DNA from: Flavobacteriales bacterium
GTDB lineage: Bacteria; Bacteroidota; Bacteroidia; NS11-12g; UBA955
Assembly (NCBI GenBank): GCA_947472115.1
Contig: CANIZU010000002.1
Span: 1 to 35,307, forward strand
Reading direction: 5' to 3'
DNA length: 35,307 nucleotides
Shown here: piece after piece, positions 9,654 to 18,879 of the stretch
How positions within the stretch are numbered: the stretch's first letter is position 1
Layout: each line of letters starts with the position of its first letter
The notes under the pieces: model-generated
What the model was told of the DNA's origin: nothing
The model's input: only the letters and a program-made list of their open reading frames with translations
Databases searched by the model: none
Program-made: the position numbers and the translations under genes

Positions 9654-9758
9654 TTAAAACACAAAATTGCACGAAAATTGGTGTTTTTCTACATTAAATT
9701 ACTGATAATTAAGGCCTCAAAACGACCAACTTGTCGATTTTTTTGGCATTTTTGCAAC
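9654..9758. promoter_or_regulatory. Divergent promoter region between the 5'-nucleotidase pair and the LTD/TBDR/nuclease array
   Basis: 105-nt AT-rich gap between divergent start codons. Near-consensus -7-like boxes CAnnTTTG face each gene: CAATTTTG on the minus strand at 9662-9669 and CATTTTTG on the plus strand at 9747-9754. Each lies 4-8 nt from its ATG. Confidence 0.3.
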
Positions 9759-10712
9759 ATGATAAAAAAGATTGTCATTTTTTGCATTACTACAATGCTT
9801 TCTGGCTTCGTTTCAGCCCAATGCAATGAGTTGTTTATTTCAGAATACGTAGAAGGTTCTAGGAACAACAAAGCCCTGGAAATCTACAATCCCACCGATA
9901 AACCCGTGGATCTTTCGCAGTATCGTGTAACGCGCTGGCAAAATGGTTCTGCCGCTTGGACAGCCCAAATGTCGGATGCCCTTTCTGGTACCCTTCAGCC
10001 GAAAGACGTCGTTGTGCTTGTCTTAGATCGACGCGATACTACCAAAATTGGTCAAGATACCCCTGTGGTTCTCTCTTTGCGTTTGAAAGCCGATCTTTTC
10101 TTGAGTAAGGATTACAATACCAGTTTTAGTATGAGTTTTAATGGGGATGATGCAATGAGTTTGGATAAGTTAAATACAACCACCAGCAAATTTGTCCCTG
10201 TAGATATTTTTGGAAAAATTGGTGAGCGTCCAAGTCCAGCCTGGAGCGACAAAGCACCATACACCGGAACCGGCACGTGGTATACTTTGGATAAAACGCT
10301 CATTCGTAAAGATAGCGTGATGTCCGGAGTGACGAAGAACCCATTGGAATTTAATCCTACGAAAGAATGGGAATTAAATCCCCGCGATCAATTCGATTCT
10401 TTGGGTTATCACAAGTGTTTGTGTGAAAAAACTGCTTCTACCAAATTAATTCAAAAACATAAAGTTGTGTTGTTCCCGAATCCCACCCAAAATGCGAACA
10501 ACGGCATCGTTACGGCCATTACCGATTTTGTACCGGTTGCTATGATTTGTAAAAATATGCAGGGTGCGGATGTTGCCCTTCATTATTCGATCAACTCATC
10601 CTCAATGATGGTTCAAACCCAAATTGCAACCGCAGAATTGGCGGCAGGGGTTTACACGTTGGAATTCATTTCTGCAAGCGGAGAACGTGTTTCAACTAGA
10701 TTGATCAAATAA
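9759..10712 (+). CDS. Secreted lamin-tail-domain (LTD) protein with type A T9SS C-terminal sorting domain
   Basis: The ORF track starts at a TTG at 9678. The first ATG, at 9759, begins a clean signal peptide MIKKIVIFCITTMLSGFVSAQ. CNELFISEYVEGSRNNKALEIYNPTDKPVDLSQY matches the LTD signature seen at N-termini of ExeM/NucH-type extracellular nucleases. The C-terminus VVLFPNPTQN...GVYTLEFISASGERVSTRLIK is Por_Secre_tail-like. Confidence 0.7.
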   Translation: MIKKIVIFCITTMLSGFVSAQCNELFISEYVEGSRNNKALEIYNPTDKPVDLSQYRVTRWQNGSAAWTAQMSDALSGTLQPKDVVVLVLDRRDTTKIGQDTPVVLSLRLKADLFLSKDYNTSFSMSFNGDDAMSLDKLNTTTSKFVPVDIFGKIGERPSPAWSDKAPYTGTGTWYTLDKTLIRKDSVMSGVTKNPLEFNPTKEWELNPRDQFDSLGYHKCLCEKTASTKLIQKHKVVLFPNPTQNANNGIVTAITDFVPVAMICKNMQGADVALHYSINSSSMMVQTQIATAELAAGVYTLEFISASGERVSTRLIK

Positions 10713-13420
10713 TGCGTAGAGGATTCTTACTGTTTTTTGTTCTTTTGGCGATGGGTACCCTCAGTGCCCAAGTGACCGTGAAAGGTCGTGCCGTGGATGC
10801 AATTAGCGGAGAATTTTTAGAAAATGTTCTCATTTCCACCAGAAATCAATCGGCTCAAACAGCCAAAGATGGAACGTTTAGTTTGGTTCTTCCAATGGGA
10901 GAATATCTCTTGGTTGCTAAGTTAGACGGGTACGATAACGACTCGATTTTTATTCAGGCCGATCGCAATCTGATCACCGACATCAATTTTAAGTTGGAAA
11001 ATTTGAGCGCCAGTATGCAGGCGGTTCAGATTACCACTTCGATTGCCAAGAATAGAAAAACGCCTGTTGCCTATTCCAATGTAACCGGAAAAGACATCGC
11101 AGAGCGTTTGGGAAGTCAGGATTTGCCCTTGTTGTTAAATCAGATGCCAGGTGTTTATGCCACCTCTCAAGGAGGCGGATCTGGCGACGCCAGAATCAGT
11201 ATTCGTGGATTCAGTCAGCGCAATATCGCGGTAATGGTGGATGGTATCCCCGTGAACGATATGGAAAACGGTCAGGTGTATTGGAGCAATTGGTTTGGTT
11301 TGGGAAGCGTTACAGCGTTAACCCAAGTGCAGCGTGGTTTGGGCTCGAGCAGAATTGCCAATCCAGCGGTGGGTGGAACCATGAATATCATCACCAAAGG
11401 ACTTTCACAACAAGCAAAATTGGAGGCCAGTGTTGAATTTGGTGATTCAAAATACGAACAGTTTGGTGTGAATTATAGCAGCGGTAGATTGAAGGGTGAT
11501 TGGGGCGTGATGATGAGTTTCACGAAACGTCAGAGTGCCGGCTATGTAGATTACTTGTTTGATGACATGTATTCCTATTTTGGAAAGGCAGAAAAGCAAT
11601 GGAAAACCAAATCGCATGGATCGCACACGCTAAGTATCGCCGTAATGGGCGCACCGCAAAGTCATGGACAGCGTAGCTATAGAGCTCGTTTGAGTATGTA
11701 CGATAAGGCGTTGGCAGAGAAATTGGGCGTGGATACTGTTTTGCCAAGAATGGCTTACAATCAAGGGCGCAAATACAATCAGCATTGGGGGAATCTCAAT
11801 CAGGCCACAGTGAGCGACGACAAAACCGATACGATTTGGGGTAGGTCTCAAGTAGTAAACGAGCGAGTAAATATGTTTCACAAACCCCAAATGTATGTCA
11901 AGCATGACTGGGCCCTATCGAAGAAAACCTTAATCACATCTACCGTTTATGCGTCCTATGGAAGAGGCGGTGGAGTGAGTTCAAATAGTAGCCTAAAAAT
12001 CCCTCAAATTCCCCAAAATTATGGACAGTTCGATTTTCAGAGTACCTATTTCTTAAATACATCGGGCAGCGACTTTACGACGCCGATTGATCCAAAATAT
12101 TCACTCACAGAGAACAAGTCGACAGGTATTTTGCAACGCGCGGTAAACAATCACAATTGGTATGGTTTGTTGAGTACGATGCAGCATAAAATCAACAATT
12201 TTTGGTCGTTTACGGGCGGAATCGATTTGAGAACTTACCATGGAAGGCATTACCGTGAGGGTTATGATTTGTTAGGCGGCGACTATTTTATCCCTTCTCA
12301 AGCGGAGAAAAATCCGAATTACGATGCCAAGCATATGTATCGTGCGGGTGATGTTTTTGGTTACAACAACGACGGTTTGGTTCGATGGGCGGGTGCTTTT
12401 GGTGAGATGGAGTACAGCAAGAATCGGACAACGTGGTTTTTGAATACGAGCGCATCAAATACATGGTTAAAACGCATCGATTATTTTAAGTTGGATAAGG
12501 ATAAAAACTATGGCCAGCCTACGGCTTGGGTGCAGCGCAAAGGCGTGACTTTGAAAACTGGTTTGAACCACAACATCTCAAGGAAATTCAATCTTTTTGG
12601 GAATGTGGGTTATTTGAATCGTCCAACGCGGTTTAGCAATGTATTCGACAATCGAAATGTGCAGGTCAAGGACATTCGAAACGAAAAAGTATATGCGTTG
12701 GAAGGCGGATCAGGATATAAGTCGAAGCGATTGGCCTTGAACTTTAACGCATATTACACTTTGTGGAAGAACAAACCGGTGGATTTCCTTTCTACTTTTA
12801 CAGATTTAGACGGCAATAATTACAGCTTTAATATCAATGGTTTGGGGGCAAGGCACATGGGTGCGGAGCTTCAGGCATCGTTTAAGGCGGGTGATGGTAT
12901 TACTTTGGAAGGCAGTTGGTCTTTGGGCGATTGGATTTGGAATTCAGGCAGCGAAGTGATTGTTAGAAATGATTTGGGTGATTCCATTGCCAAGGTCGAT
13001 TTTGATGCCACTGGCGTGCATGTGGGTGATGCCGCTCAACGACAGCAAGCGTATTTGTTGCGCTGGGAACCAACCTATTTAAAAGGGGCTTATTTTACAC
13101 TTCAATACATTCATTTCGCCAAGCACTATGCGGATTTTGACCCTACATCGTTGACGGGAAAATACAAAGGACAAGAGTCGTTTTTGCTGCCAACCTATTG
13201 GTACATGAATGTGACGGGGGGATATAAGTTGGATCTGAAAAATGGCATTAAAATGCAGTTTTACGGAACGGTAAATAACATTACAAATAATCTTTACATC
13301 ACAGACGGCCAGCATCGTAATGTGGACGACAATCCGATTAATACGTTTAACCCCAAGAATTTGGAAGTCTATGTATCTTCAGGATTGAGATTTACCACAG
13401 GCGTTCGAATTAGCTTTTAA
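10712..13420 (+). CDS. TonB-dependent outer-membrane receptor (CarboxypepD_reg + plug + barrel) with no adjacent SusD
   Basis: 902-aa ORF whose ATG overlaps the upstream stop (TAATG). It has signal peptide ...GTLSAQ and an N-terminal VTVKGRAVDAISGEFLENVLI. The plug motif is DLPLLLNQMPGVYATSQGGGSGDARISIRGFSQRNIAVMVDGIPVND. The terminal beta-strand is ...GLRFTTGVRISF. Confidence 0.85.
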   Translation: MRRGFLLFFVLLAMGTLSAQVTVKGRAVDAISGEFLENVLISTRNQSAQTAKDGTFSLVLPMGEYLLVAKLDGYDNDSIFIQADRNLITDINFKLENLSASMQAVQITTSIAKNRKTPVAYSNVTGKDIAERLGSQDLPLLLNQMPGVYATSQGGGSGDARISIRGFSQRNIAVMVDGIPVNDMENGQVYWSNWFGLGSVTALTQVQRGLGSSRIANPAVGGTMNIITKGLSQQAKLEASVEFGDSKYEQFGVNYSSGRLKGDWGVMMSFTKRQSAGYVDYLFDDMYSYFGKAEKQWKTKSHGSHTLSIAVMGAPQSHGQRSYRARLSMYDKALAEKLGVDTVLPRMAYNQGRKYNQHWGNLNQATVSDDKTDTIWGRSQVVNERVNMFHKPQMYVKHDWALSKKTLITSTVYASYGRGGGVSSNSSLKIPQIPQNYGQFDFQSTYFLNTSGSDFTTPIDPKYSLTENKSTGILQRAVNNHNWYGLLSTMQHKINNFWSFTGGIDLRTYHGRHYREGYDLLGGDYFIPSQAEKNPNYDAKHMYRAGDVFGYNNDGLVRWAGAFGEMEYSKNRTTWFLNTSASNTWLKRIDYFKLDKDKNYGQPTAWVQRKGVTLKTGLNHNISRKFNLFGNVGYLNRPTRFSNVFDNRNVQVKDIRNEKVYALEGGSGYKSKRLALNFNAYYTLWKNKPVDFLSTFTDLDGNNYSFNINGLGARHMGAELQASFKAGDGITLEGSWSLGDWIWNSGSEVIVRNDLGDSIAKVDFDATGVHVGDAAQRQQAYLLRWEPTYLKGAYFTLQYIHFAKHYADFDPTSLTGKYKGQESFLLPTYWYMNVTGGYKLDLKNGIKMQFYGTVNNITNNLYITDGQHRNVDDNPINTFNPKNLEVYVSSGLRFTTGVRISF

Positions 13421-13429
13421 CAAAATAAA

Positions 13430-15652
13430 ATGAAAAACAAGAACATATTTGGTTTGATGCTTGCGATGGTAGCGGGCATTTCCTCGTTGATGGCCCAGGC
13501 CACATTGCCAGCATTTTGGAATTGTAATGATCCAGCATCGGTGCCTTCAGGTTGGACATTGAACCAGGGAACCACAGGGACATTTGTTTATACATCTGCT
13601 TCGCTCGTAAAGAGCACACCTGCGGCAATCCGTTTGGATGTAACCGGTGAGTGGATGAAGGTGAATTATTCAGGTTCTGCGGATACGGTTTGGTATTATA
13701 TTTCAGGAACCGGCGCTTCTGGCGTGACCGTTTGGAAAGGTACCTGCAACGTTGAAGAGAGTACGGATGGAACTACTTGGAAATCTGTACGTCAATATGT
13801 AGACGGAGATATGCCAATGGGAATCACACAGCATTTTACTCAGGTGAGCAGTGCTGCAAAATTTGTTCGGTTTATTTTAACCACGAAAGTTTCGGGTTAT
13901 AATTTGGCGATCGACGATGTAAATGTTCGTCCAGGAAAAGGCGGTGCAAAACCAGAGTTACAGGTATTGTACAGTGGCAAAATCCAGTTGAACAAAGCGG
14001 AGATTCGTCCTGGTACAACCACTCCTTTTGCGGTGGTAGTGAAAAACAATAGCACAGCGGGAGATTTAACCGTCTCTAAAATTCAATTTTCTGGTAGCAA
14101 TGCAGCTAGCTTTAGCACCAAACAAACCACACCATTTACGGTGAAGGCGGGAGAACAACTTTCGATTGATGTGGATGTTGCCAGTGGTGCACCTGCGGGT
14201 TCGTTGAGATCGACCATGAGTTTTAGCAGCAACGACAGTAACAATTTGCCTTTTGATTTGAATATTTTTGGAATTTCTGGTAAGTATGGAACAGAGCCTA
14301 CGGCATCGACCACATTCACGATGGTTAGCAATTTGGCTTGGAAAACTACAATCAATGCCAAGGGTGTTGCGGCGGATGGATATTTGGTGATGGTGAGTAA
14401 AAATCCCATTACGGAAGTGCCGGTGGATGGAACGATTTATCAGCGCGGACAAATCATCAATGGGGTTCGTATCATGCATATGGGCGCTGCAGGCGATATC
14501 GTTTTGGATAACGTTTGGGCCGATACAAAGTACTATATCAAGGCGTATTCTTTTGGTGGGTACGATGCATTTGTTAACTATTTTTCGGGTGCTTCGGCAG
14601 ATTTAACATACACCAGTGTGGGTTTAAGTGAAGGTAGCTACTATGGCGGATTGACATCCTCTGATACTTCTTTGGTGAGTAAGATTCGCAACGTGGTACG
14701 TCCGCACTTCCAAGTGTATTATTCCAATTTTGGCAGTACGATGGCGATGAATTTTGAGGCAAGGGATACCACCGAAGGCAAGAAAATCATCAATTGCTTT
14801 TACACTGGCTATCCGTATGTGTTTACCCCTCCTTTCTTTTTTGATGTCAACGATCCAAACTATTTGAGTCGCGAACACTCTTATCCTTTCTCTTGGATGG
14901 GCGAGGCGAGTCAGGACAGTGCCAATTACAGCGATTTGTATTTGTTATACGCAGTGCATCAAAACAAGGGAAATGCGGTAAGAAGCAACTATCCGATGAA
15001 CAACTTAAAAACGGTGACCACTACTTTTTGGGGTGGTAAATTTGGTACAGATTCTACGGGCGGATTTGCATACGAGCCCAGAGATTTTGCCAAAGGTTCT
15101 ATGGCGCGTTCCAACTTTTATATTTGTGCTACCTACAACCGTCCGGGAGTTCCTTTTACTATTCCTACTGCCAATACTTTTTTGGGAATGGATCAGGATC
15201 AGAACGTATTGAAGCGTTGGAACAAGCAATTTCCTCCCAATGGTTGGGAAAAGGCGAGGGCCGAATATGTGGCTTCGATTCAGAAAAACCGCAATCCATT
15301 CATTGATCACCCAGATTGGGCTTGTTATATCGATTTTTCAAAGATGAAATACGTTGCCAATGGCGTTTCATGCGGTGCGGGACCTGTCACTTCAACGTCG
15401 GTTAAACCAGCGATTGTGGGTATTGTGGCTTATCCTAACCCATCGAACAAGACAATGACGGTTGATTTGGCTGCTTTCAAGGGCGAATCAGCGGTGGTGA
15501 CCTTGGTGGATTATTTTGAGCGGACAGTGTTTGAGCAATCGGATGTACGTGAAAGCCTTTCTTTGGATGTAAGTCGTTTCGCAGCAGGAAGCTATTTGTT
15601 GTTGGTGCGCAGCGCGAGCAAGCAAGCGGCAACGGCGGTGATTGTGAAATAA
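13430..15652 (+). CDS. Multidomain secreted endonuclease I family nuclease with type A T9SS C-terminal domain
   Basis: 740-aa ORF with signal peptide ...SLMAQA. Endonuclease I motifs are SREHSYPFSW (the catalytic EH), NKGNAVRSNYP, KGSMARSNFYICATY and IQKNRNPFIDHPDWA. Upstream lie a discoidin/CBM-like module and an Ig-like module (ELQVLYSG...LTVSKIQFSGSNAASFS). The C-terminus VAYPNPSNKTMTVDL...GSYLLLVRS...AVIVK is Por_Secre_tail-like. Confidence 0.8.
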   Translation: MKNKNIFGLMLAMVAGISSLMAQATLPAFWNCNDPASVPSGWTLNQGTTGTFVYTSASLVKSTPAAIRLDVTGEWMKVNYSGSADTVWYYISGTGASGVTVWKGTCNVEESTDGTTWKSVRQYVDGDMPMGITQHFTQVSSAAKFVRFILTTKVSGYNLAIDDVNVRPGKGGAKPELQVLYSGKIQLNKAEIRPGTTTPFAVVVKNNSTAGDLTVSKIQFSGSNAASFSTKQTTPFTVKAGEQLSIDVDVASGAPAGSLRSTMSFSSNDSNNLPFDLNIFGISGKYGTEPTASTTFTMVSNLAWKTTINAKGVAADGYLVMVSKNPITEVPVDGTIYQRGQIINGVRIMHMGAAGDIVLDNVWADTKYYIKAYSFGGYDAFVNYFSGASADLTYTSVGLSEGSYYGGLTSSDTSLVSKIRNVVRPHFQVYYSNFGSTMAMNFEARDTTEGKKIINCFYTGYPYVFTPPFFFDVNDPNYLSREHSYPFSWMGEASQDSANYSDLYLLYAVHQNKGNAVRSNYPMNNLKTVTTTFWGGKFGTDSTGGFAYEPRDFAKGSMARSNFYICATYNRPGVPFTIPTANTFLGMDQDQNVLKRWNKQFPPNGWEKARAEYVASIQKNRNPFIDHPDWACYIDFSKMKYVANGVSCGAGPVTSTSVKPAIVGIVAYPNPSNKTMTVDLAAFKGESAVVTLVDYFERTVFEQSDVRESLSLDVSRFAAGSYLLLVRSASKQAATAVIVK

Positions 15653-16506
15653 TGGATTTTCGATCTCAAGAAATTATAGAATTGATTGATCGCTGTTTTG
15701 CTGAGGATATCGGCAGCGGCGATCACAGTAGTTTGGCTTCCATTCCGCAAGGGACGGTGGGTGAATCTCGGTTGCTTTTGAAGCAGGATGGGGTGATTGC
15801 CGGACTTGAATTGGGCGAGGTAATTTTACGTCGTTTAGACCCCAATTTAGAATGGGTTGCGATGGCCAAAGACGGCGATTATTTGCATTCTGGTACCCAG
15901 TTGGCATCGGCTAGTGGGAATGTGCATGCTTTGCTTGCAGGAGAGCGTTTGATGCTCAATTTCATGCAACGGTTGTCGGGTGTGGCAACCCAGACGCACA
16001 ATGCTGTGGAGATTGTAAGGGGCACGGGCGCTACGATTTTGGATACTCGAAAAACTACGCCAGGACTTAGGTTGTTAGAGAAATGGGCGGTGACTATGGG
16101 GGGCGGTAAAAATCATCGCATCGGACTTTACGATATGGTGATGCTAAAGGACAACCACAATGATTCGGCGGGCGGGATTACTGCGGCGGTGAATCGTACC
16201 AAAGCCTATTTATTGGAAAATGGCTTGGACCTAGGCATCGAAGTGGAAACCCGAAACATGGATGAAGTCAATGAGGTTTTGGCCGTGGGTGGCGTTCAGC
16301 GAATTATGTTGGACAATTTTTCGCCGTCGGCATGTGTTGAGGCGGTGAAAGTGATTGCTGACAGATGCGAAACCGAAGCATCAGGGGGCATCAATTTGGG
16401 GAATTTGCGCAGTTATGCAGAGACTGGAGTGGATTTTATTTCTTTGGGCTCTTTAACGCACAGCGTATCTTCGTTAGATATTAGTTTTAAAACCAAAGTT
16501 ATATGA
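15652..16506 (+). CDS. nadC: Nicotinate-nucleotide (quinolinate) phosphoribosyltransferase
   Basis: 284-aa ORF with LAGERLMLNFMQRLSGVAT, TRKTTPGLRLLEKWAV, GGGKNHRIGLYDMVMLKDNH and a C-terminal SGGINL. Its ATG overlaps the nuclease stop (TAATG). Confidence 0.9.
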   Translation: MDFRSQEIIELIDRCFAEDIGSGDHSSLASIPQGTVGESRLLLKQDGVIAGLELGEVILRRLDPNLEWVAMAKDGDYLHSGTQLASASGNVHALLAGERLMLNFMQRLSGVATQTHNAVEIVRGTGATILDTRKTTPGLRLLEKWAVTMGGGKNHRIGLYDMVMLKDNHNDSAGGITAAVNRTKAYLLENGLDLGIEVETRNMDEVNEVLAVGGVQRIMLDNFSPSACVEAVKVIADRCETEASGGINLGNLRSYAETGVDFISLGSLTHSVSSLDISFKTKVI

Positions 16507-17153
16507 AAATTCAAAAATTGAGAATCTTTGGCGTTGCCATGTCGATGGGTTTTTCATTGCTTACAATTGCCGGATTTCAGGGGGGGTGTAATTCACCGAG
16601 CAAAGCTGCAACCGCACATGGCAACACATCCAATAGCTCATCAGAGGCAGTTCAAGGCGATGCGTCTAATGCATCAGCGGAAACTTCTTCAAGTGATTCG
16701 TCGATAAAATCGAGTGAAACGGCATCGTCCGCTACGCATCAAACCGATGGAAAGTTGACATGGATGGACTTCGCCGAGGGGTATACAAAAGCCAAGGCAG
16801 AGAATAAAATTTTGTTGGTTGATGCCTATACCGACTGGTGCAGTTGGTGTAAAGTGATGGACAGAGAAACCTACACAAATGCCCAAGTGATTGCGGTGTT
16901 GAACAATGAATTTGTCTGTGTAAAGTTTAATCCAGAAGTAGAAAAAAAGCACAAATTTGGTGCTTATAATTTGAGCAGCAACGAGCTGTTGTATTGGTTG
17001 GCCAACGGTCAGCCTGGGGGATATCCTACGAGTTATTTTATATTTAATCCGGCCAAGAACGACAAACGTGCGGCGCAGGCGGGTTATTTGCCGCCAGACC
17101 AGTTCTTGAACTTGTTGGGCGAGGTGATAAAGAGAAAGAAGCAATCTGAATGA
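16503..17153 (+). CDS. Thioredoxin-fold (DUF255/thioredoxin_7-like) lipoprotein
   Basis: 216-aa ORF with lipobox ...FQGGC, a Ser/Ala-rich linker, then a thioredoxin-like core with CxxC (DAYTDWCSWCKVMDRE). ATGA overlaps link it to both neighbours. Confidence 0.7.
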   Translation: MKIQKLRIFGVAMSMGFSLLTIAGFQGGCNSPSKAATAHGNTSNSSSEAVQGDASNASAETSSSDSSIKSSETASSATHQTDGKLTWMDFAEGYTKAKAENKILLVDAYTDWCSWCKVMDRETYTNAQVIAVLNNEFVCVKFNPEVEKKHKFGAYNLSSNELLYWLANGQPGGYPTSYFIFNPAKNDKRAAQAGYLPPDQFLNLLGEVIKRKKQSE

Positions 17154-18547
17154 CAAGAAAAATAAAAGAGTTTCGCATATTCGAGAAACTAACCATTGAA
17201 TCGGCTGCGGCCGAGGGACATAGTATTGGCCGTCACGACGGACAGGTAATTTTTGTAAAATATGCCGCGCCGGGCGATGTGGTGGACGTGCAAATCGTGA
17301 AGAAGAAAAAGAACTTCATGGAGGGCAAGATCATCAAGTTTCATGAGAAATCTGCAATGCGGGTTGATCCTACGTGTAAGTATTTTGGCACATGTGGCGG
17401 TTGCAAATGGCAGCATCTGGGCTATGCGGATCAGTTGGCATTCAAGCAGCAGCAGGTGGTGGATGCGATGGAGCGGATTGGCAAGGTGGAAGGATTTGAG
17501 GTGATGCCTATTTTGGGTAGCGGACAGGTTTATGGGTATCGCAACAAGTTGGAACTGACGTTTGCCGATCGCAGTTGGGTGACGGTGATGCCTGCTGAGG
17601 GTGAGCCTTTTCCAACGGCGTTGGGGTTTCATATGCCGGGAAAATTCGACAAGGTATTGGATATTGAGGCGTGTCATTTGATGCCCGATTACGTGAATTT
17701 GATTCAGCGCGGGGTGAAGGGGTATTGCGAGGCGAATGGGATCGACTTTTTCAACGTGATTAAGCAGGAAGGACAGATGCGAAACATCATGTTCCGATGC
17801 AACCGCGATGGCGAGTGGATGGTTTTGGTATCGTTTCACGAGGAGCGCGATGAGAATGCGGGGCTGATGCAGTACATCGCCGATACTTTTGATAAAATTG
17901 TGTGTTTGGTGTACGTGATCAATCCCAAGCGGAATGATACCTTGCAGGATTTGGAGGTACAGTTGTTTGCGGGTAAGCCCTATTTAACGGAGCGATTGGG
18001 CAACAGAACGTATAAGGTGAGGCCGCAGAGCTTCTTTCAGACCAATACGTTGCAGGCCGAGAATTTGTATGAGATTACCAAGGATTTTGCCGGGTTAACA
18101 GGCGATGAGTTGGTGTATGATTTGTATACGGGAACGGGCAGTATTGCTTTGTTTGTGGCCGATCAAGCGAGGGAAGTTGTGGGTATTGAGTATGTGGAAG
18201 AGGCGATCAAGGATGCCAAGGACAACATGCTGTTGAATGGGGTGGAGAACTGCAAATTTTACGCAGGCGATATGAAGGATATTCTCACGGCAGAGTTCAT
18301 TGCGGAGCACGGAAGACCCGATGTGGTAATCACCGATCCACCGCGCGATGGCATGCATCCGAGTGTGGTTGAGCGATTGCTGGAGGCCAGACCCAAGCGC
18401 ATTGTTTACGTAAGTTGCAATCCAGCGACCCAGGCCCGCGATGCGGCGTTGTTGGATGCTGCGTATCGTTTGGTGAAGGTTCAGCCCGTGGACATGTTCC
18501 CACATACGCATCACGTGGAGAATGTTGGACTCTGGGAGTTGCGGTGA
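17150..18547 (+). CDS. rlmD: 23S rRNA (uracil-C5)-methyltransferase RlmD/RumA family
   Basis: 465-aa ORF with an N-terminal TRAM-like domain, the Fe-S Cys cluster CKYFGTCGGCKWQH, SAM-binding VYDLYTGTGSIALFVA, DPPRDG, and the catalytic-Cys segment VYVSCNPAT. Confidence 0.9.
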   Translation: MTRKIKEFRIFEKLTIESAAAEGHSIGRHDGQVIFVKYAAPGDVVDVQIVKKKKNFMEGKIIKFHEKSAMRVDPTCKYFGTCGGCKWQHLGYADQLAFKQQQVVDAMERIGKVEGFEVMPILGSGQVYGYRNKLELTFADRSWVTVMPAEGEPFPTALGFHMPGKFDKVLDIEACHLMPDYVNLIQRGVKGYCEANGIDFFNVIKQEGQMRNIMFRCNRDGEWMVLVSFHEERDENAGLMQYIADTFDKIVCLVYVINPKRNDTLQDLEVQLFAGKPYLTERLGNRTYKVRPQSFFQTNTLQAENLYEITKDFAGLTGDELVYDLYTGTGSIALFVADQAREVVGIEYVEEAIKDAKDNMLLNGVENCKFYAGDMKDILTAEFIAEHGRPDVVITDPPRDGMHPSVVERLLEARPKRIVYVSCNPATQARDAALLDAAYRLVKVQPVDMFPHTHHVENVGLWELR

Positions 18548-18818
18548 GACTTTGATAGATAAGTAGTCGTAGTAAGTTTTCTTATTTGTATTGGAATCGG
18601 TTTGATTGAAAAAATCGAGTCGTAACTGTGATAATTAGAATGTCAAAGGATTAATCTTCAGTACACTAACTGTCGATGCATCACATTGCCATTGATTTGC
18701 TGAATACCGAAAATAAATACTTGCTTGTTTGGGTTAGGGTAGCTGATGATTGCTTCAGTGTTTGGTGCATTCAAATTGATTTGTTGCAAAGAATCAACGC
18801 TTTAAATAAATATTCTTT
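18493..18818. repeat. Copy A of a duplicated block: rlmD 3' end, intergenic DNA, 3' stub of a 552-aa-gene paralog, and the last codons of a CTD gene
   Basis: By manual alignment, 18493-18786 matches 26691-26982 with one 2-nt indel and scattered substitutions. 18783-18818 matches 28542-28577. The two matches abut at a shared GTTG. Copy A therefore equals copy B with about 1.56 kb (26983-28545) removed. Confidence 0.85.
18658..18786 (-). pseudogene. 3'-terminal stub (stop plus about 42 codons) of a paralog of the 552-aa T9SS protein gene
   Basis: Near-identical to 26854-26982, the C-terminal codons of the intact minus-strand gene at 26854..28512. It has no upstream coding continuation because the homology jumps to 28546. 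Confidence 0.8.
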
Positions 18819-18879
18819 CTTATTTTTTTGATAATAATGGTACTTGAAACTGTCTTATATTTACCAAAATAAAATTTAT

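Noticed and set aside
9678-9758. Upstream TTG-initiated extensions in the ORF track for the LTD protein (9678) and the ~1220-aa cargo gene (18844), and the 25826 start for the small Cys-rich protein.
   Set aside because: In each case an internal ATG (9759, 18880, 25937) begins a canonical signal peptide, and the extension adds non-signal residues. The 25826 start would also overlap the divergent 1111-aa gene by 80 nt.
16689-18514. Long minus-strand ORFs (155, 216 and 139 aa) overlapping the thioredoxin-fold gene and rlmD.
   Set aside because: They are shadow ORFs antisense to genes with strong family motifs. Their products are Arg/His/Leu-rich low-information sequences typical of antisense frames.
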